Of a stretch of 64,000 bases of DNA, positions 9,296 to 21,780 are shown one piece after another. Made by a program: the position numbers and the translations under genes. Each line of letters opens with the position of its first letter. Position 1 is the stretch's first letter. The stretch comes from an uncultured Verrucomicrobiae bacterium. GTDB taxonomy: Bacteria > Verrucomicrobiota > Verrucomicrobiia > Limisphaerales > Palsa-1400. The notes under the pieces are model-generated. The model did no database searches and was not told where the DNA came from. It worked only from the letters and a program-made list of their open reading frames with translations. The stretch covers positions 192,001 through 256,000 of the forward strand of contig CAVPOM010000004.1 of NCBI GenBank assembly GCA_963707025.1, read 5' to 3'.

Positions 9296-10483
9296 ATGCA
9301 GACTCCGCCAAATCCCGCCAAACCAGCCGCGCCGCCGCCCGCCTCCGGGAACGGGGAAACGCCCTTCGGCGTCAACGAAGTGCGGCTCAACGCGCGGCAG
9401 TGGCTGGTGACGCTGGCGGTGTTGGGGATGGTGGCGCTGCTGGCGCCGCCGCTGTGGAAGCGGATCGAACGTTTCGACACCGGGCCGGACTATCGCCTGC
9501 CCTATGCGCTGAGCAAAGATTACTGGCTGTATGGCCGGCGGATGGAACAGGCGGCCGTGCCGGGCCAGGTCATCCTGCTGGGCGATTCGGTGGTCTGGGG
9601 CGAATACGTGCTGCCGGAAGGCACCTGGTCGCATTTCTTGAATCAGGAAGCGGGCCTGACCAACCGTTTCATCAACGGCGGCCTCAACGGTTTGTTTCCG
9701 CTGGCCCAGGAAGGGTTGGTCACTTACTACAGCAAGGCGCTCCGCCGGCAAAAGCTCATCCTCCATTGCAACGTGCTTTGGATGAGCAGTCCCAAGGCTG
9801 ACCTGAGCGCGGAAAAGGAACAGCGCTTCAACCACGCCGGCCTGGTGCCGCAGTTTTTCCCGCGCATCCCTTGTTACAAGGCCGATGCCAACGAGCGTTT
9901 GAGCGTGCTGGTGGAGCGCCAGGCCGGCTTGATCGCCTGGGGCGAGCATTTGCAGAACGCCTATTTCGGACAAATGAGCATCCCGGCCTGGACGCTGGAA
10001 GAGGACGGCGGCAGTCCGCCCCATTATCCCAACAGCTACAAAAATCCTCTGGCGCAAATCACTTTGGTGGTGCCGCCCGGCCCCCGGTCTGATCCGGACC
10101 GCGGGCCGGGCAGTCCGCGACACAGACCCTGGTCGGCGGAGACCGGGGGCGGCAACCGTTTTGACTGGGTGCCGCTGGACTCGTCGCTGCAATGGCAGGG
10201 CTTCCGGCGCGTCTTGCAGACCTTGCGCGGGCGGGGCAACGACGTGATGGTCATCCTTGGCCCCTTCAATGAACACTGTCTGGCGGACGACAATCAGCCG
10301 GCCTATCGAAAAATCCGTGACGGCATCGAAGCGTGGCTGACGGCAAACCACGTGCCTCATGTCACGCCGGAGACCCTGCCCGGCGCACTTTATGCCGACG
10401 ATTGCCACCCGCTGACGGAAGGCTATCAATTGCTTGCAAAACGTCTTTATGCCAATCCAACATTCCAGGCGTGGCTGCGATAA
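9296..10483 (+). CDS. Membrane-anchored SGNH/GDSL-fold protein (AlgJ/DltD-like MBOAT partner)
   Basis: N-terminal TM, GDSVVWG block I and D-x-x-H (DDCHP) block V; ATG one base after the MBOAT stop. Confidence 0.75.
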   Translation: MQTPPNPAKPAAPPPASGNGETPFGVNEVRLNARQWLVTLAVLGMVALLAPPLWKRIERFDTGPDYRLPYALSKDYWLYGRRMEQAAVPGQVILLGDSVVWGEYVLPEGTWSHFLNQEAGLTNRFINGGLNGLFPLAQEGLVTYYSKALRRQKLILHCNVLWMSSPKADLSAEKEQRFNHAGLVPQFFPRIPCYKADANERLSVLVERQAGLIAWGEHLQNAYFGQMSIPAWTLEEDGGSPPHYPNSYKNPLAQITLVVPPGPRSDPDRGPGSPRHRPWSAETGGGNRFDWVPLDSSLQWQGFRRVLQTLRGRGNDVMVILGPFNEHCLADDNQPAYRKIRDGIEAWLTANHVPHVTPETLPGALYADDCHPLTEGYQLLAKRLYANPTFQAWLR

Positions 10484-10577
10484 ACTGCCGATTTATGAAA
10501 AAACATTCCATGCCGCCGCCTGCGGCCGCGGGTCTGCCCGCTCATGATTTTTCTTTCGGTCAAGCCCGCCGCACCCG

Positions 10578-11255
10578 ATGATCCGACGCGACTACATTGT
10601 GCGCATGATTGAGGAAATGGGCCGCGCTTTGGCCCAAATCCGCGCTTTGCGGCAGAGCGGCCGGGCGGAGGCGGCGCGGCAGATGATTGATGTCGAATGC
10701 GAAAAGCTCGCCGCGCTGGGAGCCTTGGGCGTTGTCGGCTTATCCGAGACGGAATTGCTGGCGCGGGTTTCCGAAGGCCAGTACGCCCACACCGTGCATC
10801 TGCGGACCCTGGCGGTGGTGAGCTTGTTGCGCGAGGCCGCCGAGATCGCCAGCGCCGCAGACAGAACAGCGCAGGCCCGTGTGTTTTACCTCAAGGCCTT
10901 GCACCTGCTCCTGGGAGTATTGTCCCAGGACGATCCGGCGGGATTTCCTGAGTTTGTTCCGGGAGTAGAGGCCATTGTCACCGCTCTGCAAGACCAGCCG
11001 TTGCCGGCTCACACCCAGTCCATGCTGATGCGTCATTATGAGGCGACGGGCCAATTCGCCAAAGCCGAGGACGCGCTGTTTTCAATCCTCGACGATCTGG
11101 GCAGTGATGCGGAGGTCATCGCATTTGGCCGCGCCTTTTACGAGCGCCTCTTGAGGCGGAGCGACGCATCCCTCCTGGCGGGCAATCTTCCCAGAGGCGA
11201 AGCGCAACAGGGCCTTGACGAACTCAACCGCCGCTCCCCCAGCATTCCACCTTAG
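10578..11255 (+). CDS. DUF6483-like helical protein
   Basis: MIRRDYIVRMIEE N-terminus, G.FAKAEDALF and GNLPR.E motifs. Confidence 0.65.
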   Translation: MIRRDYIVRMIEEMGRALAQIRALRQSGRAEAARQMIDVECEKLAALGALGVVGLSETELLARVSEGQYAHTVHLRTLAVVSLLREAAEIASAADRTAQARVFYLKALHLLLGVLSQDDPAGFPEFVPGVEAIVTALQDQPLPAHTQSMLMRHYEATGQFAKAEDALFSILDDLGSDAEVIAFGRAFYERLLRRSDASLLAGNLPRGEAQQGLDELNRRSPSIPP

Positions 11256-11384
11256 AGCGTGGCTGAGAATTCAAATTCAGTCCGGGGAGCGCACGCGCCC
11301 CCGCCGACCGCATCTGGACGCCAAGGGAGAAATAGGCGGGTTTTTCCAGCTTTCATATTGCTTCTGATTTTTCAGACACGCTCT
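11254..11384. mobile_element. MITE-like element with IS5-like ends and a REP half-site
   Basis: AGAGCGTGGCTGAGAAT ... ATTTTTCAGACACGCTCT imperfect TIR; inner ggggagcgcacgcg resembles the reverse complement of 2890-2905. Confidence 0.45.
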
Positions 11385-11823
11385 TGGCCCGCGCATTTCA
11401 TACCGCATGGGTGGAATCCCGATCCAATCGGGACCCGTCCCGCCGGGCCACTGGCCCGGCGGCAGATACCGACCAGCCAAAAGACCGGCCGAAATCGCTG
11501 CCGTCCCATCAGCCGCAGATTTAAAGACCCAAGAAGCGTCTCCGAAGCCTGTTGTCCCCGCCGATAAGGCGGTATAGTAATATATTCTGCCCTCGAAATC
11601 CTTCTTTGGCGCAGTGCCAAGCGTGAGGCGAAAGTTCAAGATATGACAATACCATTAACCCCTTTCTGACCCCTTTCCTTTCTTGGATTCGTCCTGCAAT
11701 AAGACTGCTGCAAATGCTCATGGGAAGGCTTCGACGTATCTAGGCTCGGCGATTAGGCACGAAGGTTTAGAGTAAAACAAATACGCTGGTATTCAAATTT
11801 GATGTGGTATAAAACTTAATGTC

Positions 11824-12747
11824 ATGAAGATGAAAATATACGGATTTTCGTGGGTTCCGGAGCATCTGCCGGAATCGGTTCCTCCAACAGCAGTTTTTGA
11901 ACGAATTAAGGAAACGGAAGGAAAACGTTTCGGAGATTACATAGGTGCTGCCACGTTAATCGGCGAGTGGTGGGCAGGAGTTCTGTTGAAAGTGAGGGAC
12001 TCGAAAGCGTTCACCACATTAAGACGACAGAATGGCATTTTGGTTTTCAAAGCGGAGAAGCTTGCCGATGGATCAAACATTGCGGAACCAAATTTTTTCA
12101 TTGCTCACACGACAAATGGGCTCGGACTTTACTGCCATCACCATCTTTCCGCTTCATTAATCGGCGATTTTGCATATTTCTGTCATCACCGGTTTCGTGA
12201 AATCCGCGACGCACGGCGCAAATTGGCAACTAGCGATCCCGATATGACCGAGGTCGAACGAAAGAAGATTATGCGCCAATACAAAGGAAGGCTTGTTCTT
12301 GAACAAATCCTCAAACCTGGTACATTCGACGATCACGTAAAGTTGTTGAAGAATGTGTCGAAATTTGAAGCCAATCTAGTGGCGTTTGAATTGAAGCAGC
12401 CGATGTTCCGGCCAATAACCCAAAACGCCCGACGAACGAAAGTTCTTTTGACTTTCGACCATGACGCAAATCATGGACTCATAACAAATTCGATTGCCAG
12501 CTCTCACGAGGCTGGAATTTTCGACAAAGCAACTGTAACGGGCGAAGACGCTGCTGGAATGGAACAAACCTACCGGACGGCCCACGACAGTGCGGTGTTT
12601 GGTGAACACGATTATGACGATATGATTACCGCGCTGACGGTCCGCTTCGACGATCTTGCTGGCTCAATAGAAAAATCGAAAATAACGACGGCACTTATTC
12701 AACACGGCAACGATAAAAAAGTCCGAGCCGCTCTCGGGCTGAAGTGA
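11824..12747 (+). CDS. Hypothetical soluble protein in an AT-rich islet
   Basis: 307-aa ORF with atypical codon usage; no motif recognised. Confidence 0.75.
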   Translation: MKMKIYGFSWVPEHLPESVPPTAVFERIKETEGKRFGDYIGAATLIGEWWAGVLLKVRDSKAFTTLRRQNGILVFKAEKLADGSNIAEPNFFIAHTTNGLGLYCHHHLSASLIGDFAYFCHHRFREIRDARRKLATSDPDMTEVERKKIMRQYKGRLVLEQILKPGTFDDHVKLLKNVSKFEANLVAFELKQPMFRPITQNARRTKVLLTFDHDANHGLITNSIASSHEAGIFDKATVTGEDAAGMEQTYRTAHDSAVFGEHDYDDMITALTVRFDDLAGSIEKSKITTALIQHGNDKKVRAALGLK

Positions 12748-12754
12748 GCCGACC

Positions 12755-13303
12755 ATGCTGCGTTTCCTCGCCATCGTCGGAATCGGATTGGTGATCCTCT
12801 GTGCAGTTTTTTATCGGTTGGCAATCTATGCGGGAATGGATTCTGTTACAAACGTGTGGATTTGGGTGAAGCTGTATCATGAGAATTTGCGCATACCTTT
12901 GTTTACTGGTTTTCTCACAGTTGGGAGTTTCCTCTTGACACTCATGGCGACGATGCTGCTTCGGATAAAAGAGATTTATGACGAAGAAGAATACGCCCAA
13001 GACTGGAAAAGGTACCAGGACCAGAGGATCACCAAAGACCCGTCCGCCAAAACGACAGATTTCTACGGCCCGTTAAGGAATCTTGGGGATGCGTTATTAG
13101 CTAATGTGATATTGGCGCTCCTGAGTGCCATGCTTCAGGTGACTTTGGGCTTCGTTGACCTACCCGTTGCGGTTGCGATTTGCTTGGGCTTCGCCGCTAC
13201 AACGCTGCTGCTTCTCTTGTACTTGTGGTGGCAAATTGCTGGCAATCTATCGAAATGGTTCGACGTAATTGAGAGGAAGAAACGGAAGAATCTGGGCCGG
13301 TGA
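12755..13303 (+). CDS. Hypothetical protein with ~4 transmembrane helices
   Basis: Four hydrophobic segments; starts 7 bp after the previous stop. Confidence 0.75.
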   Translation: MLRFLAIVGIGLVILCAVFYRLAIYAGMDSVTNVWIWVKLYHENLRIPLFTGFLTVGSFLLTLMATMLLRIKEIYDEEEYAQDWKRYQDQRITKDPSAKTTDFYGPLRNLGDALLANVILALLSAMLQVTLGFVDLPVAVAICLGFAATTLLLLLYLWWQIAGNLSKWFDVIERKKRKNLGR

Positions 13304-13441
13304 AAGTGGGTAAAGGGGTGGGTTAATGGTATTGTCATATTCAGAGCATTCACACTTCTCACTGAATTCCAAAGCGCGAACTCGGCAGCAACGCTTTCCC
13401 ACCACGATTCAGCCTGTCACGAATAATGCCCTCCGCCGCTT

Positions 13442-16045
13442 TCATAAAACTTTGATGGTTTTGGTGGCGCGGATGTCGCGCTCGGAAAGGCCCGCCTCAA
13501 TCGTGAAAGTGTTTCCGGCGTCCACGGTCCAGTCTTTGCCGGTCGGACTCCAGTAGGCAAAGGAGGCGCGGGGCAGCGTGATCTCGACCTTCCCGGTTTG
13601 ACCGGGGGCAAGTGTCACTTTGCTGAAACCTTTGAGTTCGCGCCGCGGGCGCGGGACGGGGCAGTGTTCGTCACCCACATAAATTTGCACCACTTCGGCC
13701 CCGGCGCGGCGGCCGGTGTTCTTGATGTCCAGGGAAACTTTGACATCGGATCCAGCGGTCTCAACCTTTAGGTTTGACAGTTGGAAGGTGGTGTAACTCA
13801 AGCCGAAACCAAACGGGTAGAGCGGGTCCTTGCCGGCCTTGTCGTAGCCGCGGTAGCCGTAGAATATCCCCTCGGTGTAAGGCTCAACCGGGTATCCCTT
13901 GTCACTCTGTTCCCGGCCAGGGTAATAAGGGAAGGCCGGGTTGTCCTCGAATTTGCGGTCGAAGGTGGAGCAGAGATGGCCGCTGGGGTTGACGTCGCCG
14001 AAGAGCACTTCTCCCACGGCGACGCCACCTTCCTGCCCCAGGTACCAGGCCTGGAGAATGGCCGCCGCGCCGCCTTCCCAGGCGCTCATGCCCACCCCTG
14101 CCCCGCTGTTATTGATGACGATGGCATGACGATTGACCTTGGAGGCGGAGGCGATCAGATATTGCTGAAGGTCGGGCAGATCGAAGGGACGATCGCGGCC
14201 TTCGCTCTCCATGTTGCGATTCAAGCCGACACAAACGACCACGGCATCCGCATCCCTGGCCGCCGCGAGATCGGGAATCGCCGGAGGGATCAGGGCCACG
14301 CGCACCAGCCGTCCGCCGCCAGCCCCGCCGCGTCCGCCGCGGCGTCCGCCCCGGCCGGCCGGAGCATTGGCCAGGGCGCTGGCTTGAATGCGGATCGGCG
14401 CAGGCTTGTTGCGCTGAAGATGGATGATGGAGCCGGGGGCGTTGGTGCGGCCATCAATGAGGATGACAGGGTTGCCCGCGGCGGCAATCTGCCAATCGCT
14501 GTCCTTGGGCGCGAGCAGGACGCCGCTCCAGGTGAAGGTGGCATCGCGGCTGGCGGGCACGCCAAAGGGCAACTGCCCCGGCTGCCAGTTAGTATTGACA
14601 GCGGTTTGCACCGTGGGCGGGATTTGGACCGGCGGACCGGCGCCCGTCACGACCACCTCCAGCGTCAAGCCGGGCTGTCCCCGGGCTGAAGTGCGGGCGT
14701 TGGCCAGGGAATCGAAGGCCGAGTCCTCGGGCGGCCCCGGCATGGGAAGGTAAATGACTTTGACGCCGGGGCCCGCGCTTTCAGTGATGCCATCGAGATA
14801 ATTAGCCTCGGTGTAGCGGTAAGGGAAGGTCGTGACCGCGCCGCTCCCGCCGCCGCCGATGTTGGCGGGCATGGTGTTGGCCGGGGCCGAGGCGTTCGGA
14901 CCGACGACCACAATTGTTTTCACATCGGCGCGATTCAGCGGAAGAGTATTATGGACATTTTTCAGGAGCACGATGGCACTCTCAGCCACGGCCAGCGCGG
15001 TTTTGGCCGAGTCGGGCGAGTCCAACGGCAGCGCCAGATTTTTTTGCTGCCAGCCGGTGTCAAGCCAGCCCTGCGCGGCGGCGGTGCGAAGGATGCGATG
15101 CACGGCGCGGTTGATGTTCGATTCGGTGACGGAACCATCGGCCATGGCCGCCTGGATGTTGCGGAGGGAGAGATTCCGGGTGTTGGGCATTTCCAGGTCC
15201 AGGCCGCGGGCGACATCGGTGGTGGCGTGGGAAGCGCCCCAATCGGACATGACCAGCCCCTGGAAACCCCACTGGTTTTTGAGGACCTGGTTGAGCAGCC
15301 AGTCGTTGGCGCTGGCGTAGAAGCCATTGAGGCGGTTGTAGGAACACATGACCGCGACGATGCCACCCTCGGTCGCGGCCTTTTTGAAAGCGGGAAGATA
15401 GATTTCATGCAGCGTGCGTTCATCCACCTGGCAATCCACGGAATTGCGGTTCCACTCCTGGTTGTTGGCGGCAAAGTGTTTGATGGTGGGCACGGAGCCT
15501 TGGGCGCTGCAGGCTTTGACCCAGTTGACCGCGATGATCGAGGCCAGATAAGGGTCTTCGCCAAAATACTCGAAGTTGCGGCCGTTGACGGGGACGCGGC
15601 AGATGTTGAGGCCGGGGCCGAGTTGAAAATGCGTTCCGCGGGCGCGGTCTTCCAGTCCGATGGCCTTGCCGTAGGCGGCGGCCAAGTCCGCGTCCCAGGT
15701 CGCAGCCAGAGCCGCGCCGGCGGGGAAGGCGCAGGCCCCGCTCGGCCCGGGATTGCCCGGCGCGTTGCGCACGCCGTTGGGGCCGTCGGACATGGTGAAG
15801 AGCGGGATGCCCAGCCGCCCGACGGCGTGGGTGTTGAAGCCGCCGCTGTCCCCGCCGATGAGCGAGACTTTTTCCGCCAGCGTCATTTCCGCGAGCAATT
15901 GATCGGCCCGCGCCTCGGGGGAGCCCTTGGTGTCCTGCGCCTTGACGGCCGGAGTTTCGGCTGGCGCGGCCTCCTGTGCCCGGAGGCGGGCGGCGTCTGG
16001 CAGGATGACGAGCAAAAGCAGGCCGGCAAGAATGGTGAGTTTCAT
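13442..16045 (-). CDS. Exported GH3 beta-glucosidase with PA14-like insert and Fn3-like C-terminus
   Basis: SDGPNGVR, GRNFEYFGEDP, IKHFAAN, VMSDWGA (nucleophile Asp), ESEGRDR, YPFGFGLSYT, RELKGF. Confidence 0.93.
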   Translation of the reverse strand: MKLTILAGLLLLVILPDAARLRAQEAAPAETPAVKAQDTKGSPEARADQLLAEMTLAEKVSLIGGDSGGFNTHAVGRLGIPLFTMSDGPNGVRNAPGNPGPSGACAFPAGAALAATWDADLAAAYGKAIGLEDRARGTHFQLGPGLNICRVPVNGRNFEYFGEDPYLASIIAVNWVKACSAQGSVPTIKHFAANNQEWNRNSVDCQVDERTLHEIYLPAFKKAATEGGIVAVMCSYNRLNGFYASANDWLLNQVLKNQWGFQGLVMSDWGASHATTDVARGLDLEMPNTRNLSLRNIQAAMADGSVTESNINRAVHRILRTAAAQGWLDTGWQQKNLALPLDSPDSAKTALAVAESAIVLLKNVHNTLPLNRADVKTIVVVGPNASAPANTMPANIGGGGSGAVTTFPYRYTEANYLDGITESAGPGVKVIYLPMPGPPEDSAFDSLANARTSARGQPGLTLEVVVTGAGPPVQIPPTVQTAVNTNWQPGQLPFGVPASRDATFTWSGVLLAPKDSDWQIAAAGNPVILIDGRTNAPGSIIHLQRNKPAPIRIQASALANAPAGRGGRRGGRGGAGGGRLVRVALIPPAIPDLAAARDADAVVVCVGLNRNMESEGRDRPFDLPDLQQYLIASASKVNRHAIVINNSGAGVGMSAWEGGAAAILQAWYLGQEGGVAVGEVLFGDVNPSGHLCSTFDRKFEDNPAFPYYPGREQSDKGYPVEPYTEGIFYGYRGYDKAGKDPLYPFGFGLSYTTFQLSNLKVETAGSDVKVSLDIKNTGRRAGAEVVQIYVGDEHCPVPRPRRELKGFSKVTLAPGQTGKVEITLPRASFAYWSPTGKDWTVDAGNTFTIEAGLSERDIRATKTIKVL

Positions 16046-16717
16046 AAGTTGGTCTGATTCTCCGGCAACGCGGCCGTGTTGGCAATAATAGATTAGCTTG
16101 CTGAAACGCCTTCCAATTTGACCCTTTTTGCCGGCTCCAACAAGGTCACCACTTCCTCGGCAAAGAGGTTGGGGGAAAACCTAGCCCGGCCGCGCGCGTT
16201 AAAGCAGGCATAACGAATGGCCGAGACCTCCATCTGCTGGCAGAATTCGCGAAAGTCGAGGATGGACAGGAAGTGCAAGGTGGTCGTCTGGTACCAGAGC
16301 TGGGGGAGGGATTTGGTGACCGGGGTGCGTCCGCGAAACAGGATCTGCAGCCGCACCCGGTAATGGGCAAAGTTGCTGTAGGCGATGATGACGCGGCGTC
16401 CGACGCGGAAGGCTTCCCGCACGATCTCCACCGGGGAAATCAATTCCTGAAAGGTGCCGAGCAGGAGGACGTAATCGAAGGACTGATCCCCGTACTGATC
16501 CAGCCCCTCCATAATGTTGCCTTGATGGACCACCAGCCCGCGCTGGATGCAGCGGGCCACCAATTCGGGATTTTTTTCCACGCCCTCGGCCAGGACGCGC
16601 CGGGCGCGAACGACCCGCTCCAGGAAAGCGCCGTCGCCCGTTCCCAAGTCCAGCACGCGTGCGCCGTCGGGTATCCAGTCCAGAACGGTTTGGTAAATTC
16701 CGGGATGCATGGCGGCA

Positions 16718-19314
<2,597 letters not shown>

Positions 19315-19650
19315 TCAACCGGCGCGCCCGGAGGAACGGGACGCGACAACAGCACCAGGAGCGGTCCAGTCCCCGGCCTGAACTGGCACGCGCTCAAGAC
19401 TCCCATTGGGTTGTCACTCCCCGGACTCCGTTGGCTTGGTGATTCAATAGACTGCCAAAGTGACCATAACCCACGGCGAGCGTCAAGCGTTTGTTCACCG
19501 CGCCAGCGTCGCCGGGCGCATCTTGACACTGCCGCCGGCGGAGTGCGGCCGTCCTCGGCCGCAGCAAGCCAGGGATTGTTTGGGTGCTCAGGAAAATCAC
19601 CGCCGCGCCGTGTTTCCCACGCTGCTGCGCCCGAGGACGGGGAATGGCGC

Positions 19651-19998
19651 TTAAATAAGACCTAAAACTTTCTTACCCAGCCTCTTACGACGCGGGGGAT
19701 GCGGGATGGTTTCAAACAAGACCTGACGGCTCAAGCGTTGCATGGCTTTGATGGTGGCTTGCACCTCCCGCCACTCGGCAATGGCGTCATGGAGCCACTC
19801 ATATTGTTCTTTGGAGAGAGCGACACTGACCGTTTTGCCTTTGACCTTGCGGGTCCACTGATAACAAGGGCCGCCTGCTCCGGGGCCGCGGTCTTGCACG
19901 TAGCCCTCGCTGATCCAGCCGGTTCTGGCCAGCCGGTCGCGTAATTGGGCGTATTGGGCCTGCCATTGGGCTGGCCGGGTTGTTTTGTGAGTCGGCAT
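19651..19998 (-). CDS. IS accessory protein, DUF6788-like
   Basis: GP.YQWTRKVKGKTVSV.LS.EQ motif; stop codon lies within the left TIR. Confidence 0.7.
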   Translation of the reverse strand: MPTHKTTRPAQWQAQYAQLRDRLARTGWISEGYVQDRGPGAGGPCYQWTRKVKGKTVSVALSKEQYEWLHDAIAEWREVQATIKAMQRLSRQVLFETIPHPPRRKRLGKKVLGLI

Positions 19999-20024
19999 AA
20001 AGAAAAGAGTAGCAGACGTGTCAA

Positions 20025-20050
20025 TAAGGCGGTATATATACCGCCTTATG
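20025..20050. promoter_or_regulatory. Perfect palindrome overlapping the transposase start codon
   Basis: ataaggcggtatatataccgccttat(g); also present in IS copy 2 near 38307..38332. Confidence 0.6.
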
Positions 20051-21535
20051 CCCGACACCCCCTTCTTCCCGGCCTGGCGGCCCCGTCTGGCGGCGGCGGG
20101 CCGCCGCTGTGCCCACAGCCTGGCGCGCCTCCGTCACGCCACCTTGAGTCAGATCGAGGACCGCCTGGCTCCCGCCTTGCCCACCGACCTCCTGCGAAAA
20201 CCGGCCGCCGGCGACTACTCCCGCGAGCAGGTTTACACTCTGGTTCGCACCTGGTGGTGCTGGGTCTGGCCAGTCTTCCAAGCCAACACTTCCTGCCGCC
20301 ACGTCGTCCTTCAGGTGCAGGCCCTGCTGGCCTTGGTCCAAGGCCCGGAACCGGAGCCGGACAGCAGCGCCTATTGCCAGGCCCGCGCCAAACTCCCCCT
20401 GGCCTTGCTGGAGCAAGCCTTCGCGGCCAGCGCCGACAGCGCCGAAAAGCGCGCCCCGGCCAGTACGCTGCTACAGGGCCGCCCGTTGAAAGCGGTCAAT
20501 GGCAGCGGCACCCACCTGCCCGACACCCCGGCCAATCGGGCGGCCTTTCCCCCCAGCCAAAGCCTGCAGCCCGGCGGCGGCTTTCCCCACCTGCGCGTGG
20601 TGGCTCTGTTCTCCGCCGCCAGCGGCGCCCTTTTGGCCAAAGCCACCGGCAGCCTGCGCTCCTCCGAACTGGCTCTGTTTCTCCACGGCTTGCGCTCGGC
20701 TTTGCACCCCGGCGACATCCTCTTGGGCGACCGCGCCTATGGGGTTTATATTATCGCCGCCGTCCTCCAACTCCTGGGCGTGGATTTGCTCGCGCGGGTC
20801 TCCGTGCGCAACCGCAAGGTGGATTTCCGCCAGGCCCGCCAACGCCTGGGTCACTGGGACGCGCTCTTTACCTGGTCCAAACCCGGCCGGCCTTCGCCCC
20901 TGCTTTCGTTCCTGGAATGGCTCGGACTGCCGCCGCAGATCACGGTGCGGGTGCTGCGCGCGCGCCTGAGCCGGGCCGGCTTCCGCACCCGCCACCTGAC
21001 CCTGGTCACGACCCTGTTGGATGCGGCGCTTTTTCCAGCGGAGGAACTGGCGGCCGCTTATGCCCGGCGCTGGCGCATGGAACTGTGCCTGGACGATCTC
21101 AAAACCACCCTGGGCATGCAGAGCCTGCATTGCCTCTGTCCCCGCATGGTGGAGAAAGAACTCCTGCTCTTCCTCACCGCCCATAATTTCCTGCGCTGGA
21201 TCATGGCCGAAGCCGCGCAAAGCCAGAACGTGGACTTGGATCGGATCAGTTTCAAAGGCAGCCTGGACGCCTTCCGGCAATGGACGCAGGCACTGGCACA
21301 ACTCGGACACGCCCGGAACAAAGGGGGACGGCGCCGCCAATTATGGCAGCGGCTGCTCCGAAGGCTGGCGACCGATCTGGTGCCCAGGCGTCCGGGAAGA
21401 GCGGAGCCGCGCGCTGTCAAGAAACGATCCAAATACCCCCATTTGAACAAATCGCGGCATCAATACCGCCAGCCCTGGAGCCGCAATAAACGCCGCCGTC
21501 TGGCCCGGGCCAAAAGAAAGGCTTCCCTTATTTAA
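20048..21535 (+). CDS. IS4-family DDE transposase, first catalytic Asp replaced by Asn
   Basis: SAYCQARAKL, KAVNGS (DGS in copy 2), LGDRAY, Y..RW.ME...DDLK, R.EPRAVK. Confidence 0.92.
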   Translation: MPDTPFFPAWRPRLAAAGRRCAHSLARLRHATLSQIEDRLAPALPTDLLRKPAAGDYSREQVYTLVRTWWCWVWPVFQANTSCRHVVLQVQALLALVQGPEPEPDSSAYCQARAKLPLALLEQAFAASADSAEKRAPASTLLQGRPLKAVNGSGTHLPDTPANRAAFPPSQSLQPGGGFPHLRVVALFSAASGALLAKATGSLRSSELALFLHGLRSALHPGDILLGDRAYGVYIIAAVLQLLGVDLLARVSVRNRKVDFRQARQRLGHWDALFTWSKPGRPSPLLSFLEWLGLPPQITVRVLRARLSRAGFRTRHLTLVTTLLDAALFPAEELAAAYARRWRMELCLDDLKTTLGMQSLHCLCPRMVEKELLLFLTAHNFLRWIMAEAAQSQNVDLDRISFKGSLDAFRQWTQALAQLGHARNKGGRRRQLWQRLLRRLATDLVPRRPGRAEPRAVKKRSKYPHLNKSRHQYRQPWSRNKRRRLARAKRKASLI

Positions 21536-21780
21536 GCGCCATTCCCCGAGGACGGGCGCACTCCGGTGGCATTCTTCCGCCTGACGCCGGTAGCAGTGTC
21601 AAGATTCACCCAGCGGCGCCGGGCGCCGCCGGGCGACCCTCCGCGTTGGCCGGATGGCCGGGTCTGCGCCAGAGATGGGCGGGCCTGGAAAGTGCAATGA
21701 GCTTGAAGTGGATGGGCAAAGGATGAAACATGGGTGCAGCCGTTTTTAACCTGCTGCGCTCCGTCGCTTTGATGAAATTG

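Larger units (their letters stand above)
19642..21544 (+). mobile_element. IS4-family insertion sequence copy 1 (1903 bp)
   Basis: 18-bp perfect TIR GAATGGCGCTTAAATAAG; 12-bp TSD CCCGAGGACGGG at 19630..19641 and 21545..21556. Confidence 0.95.
19514..21611. repeat. 183-bp REP-doublet/MITE copy A, interrupted by IS
   Basis: Outer IR gggcgcatcttgacactgc / gcagtgtcaagattcaccc; inner inverted GGAGTGCG-palindrome arms; near reverse complement of copy B. Confidence 0.85.

Noticed and set aside
11564..11576. ATAAGGCGGTATA, identical to half of the IS central palindrome
   Set aside because: A single 13-mer with no further IS similarity around it; chance cannot be excluded.
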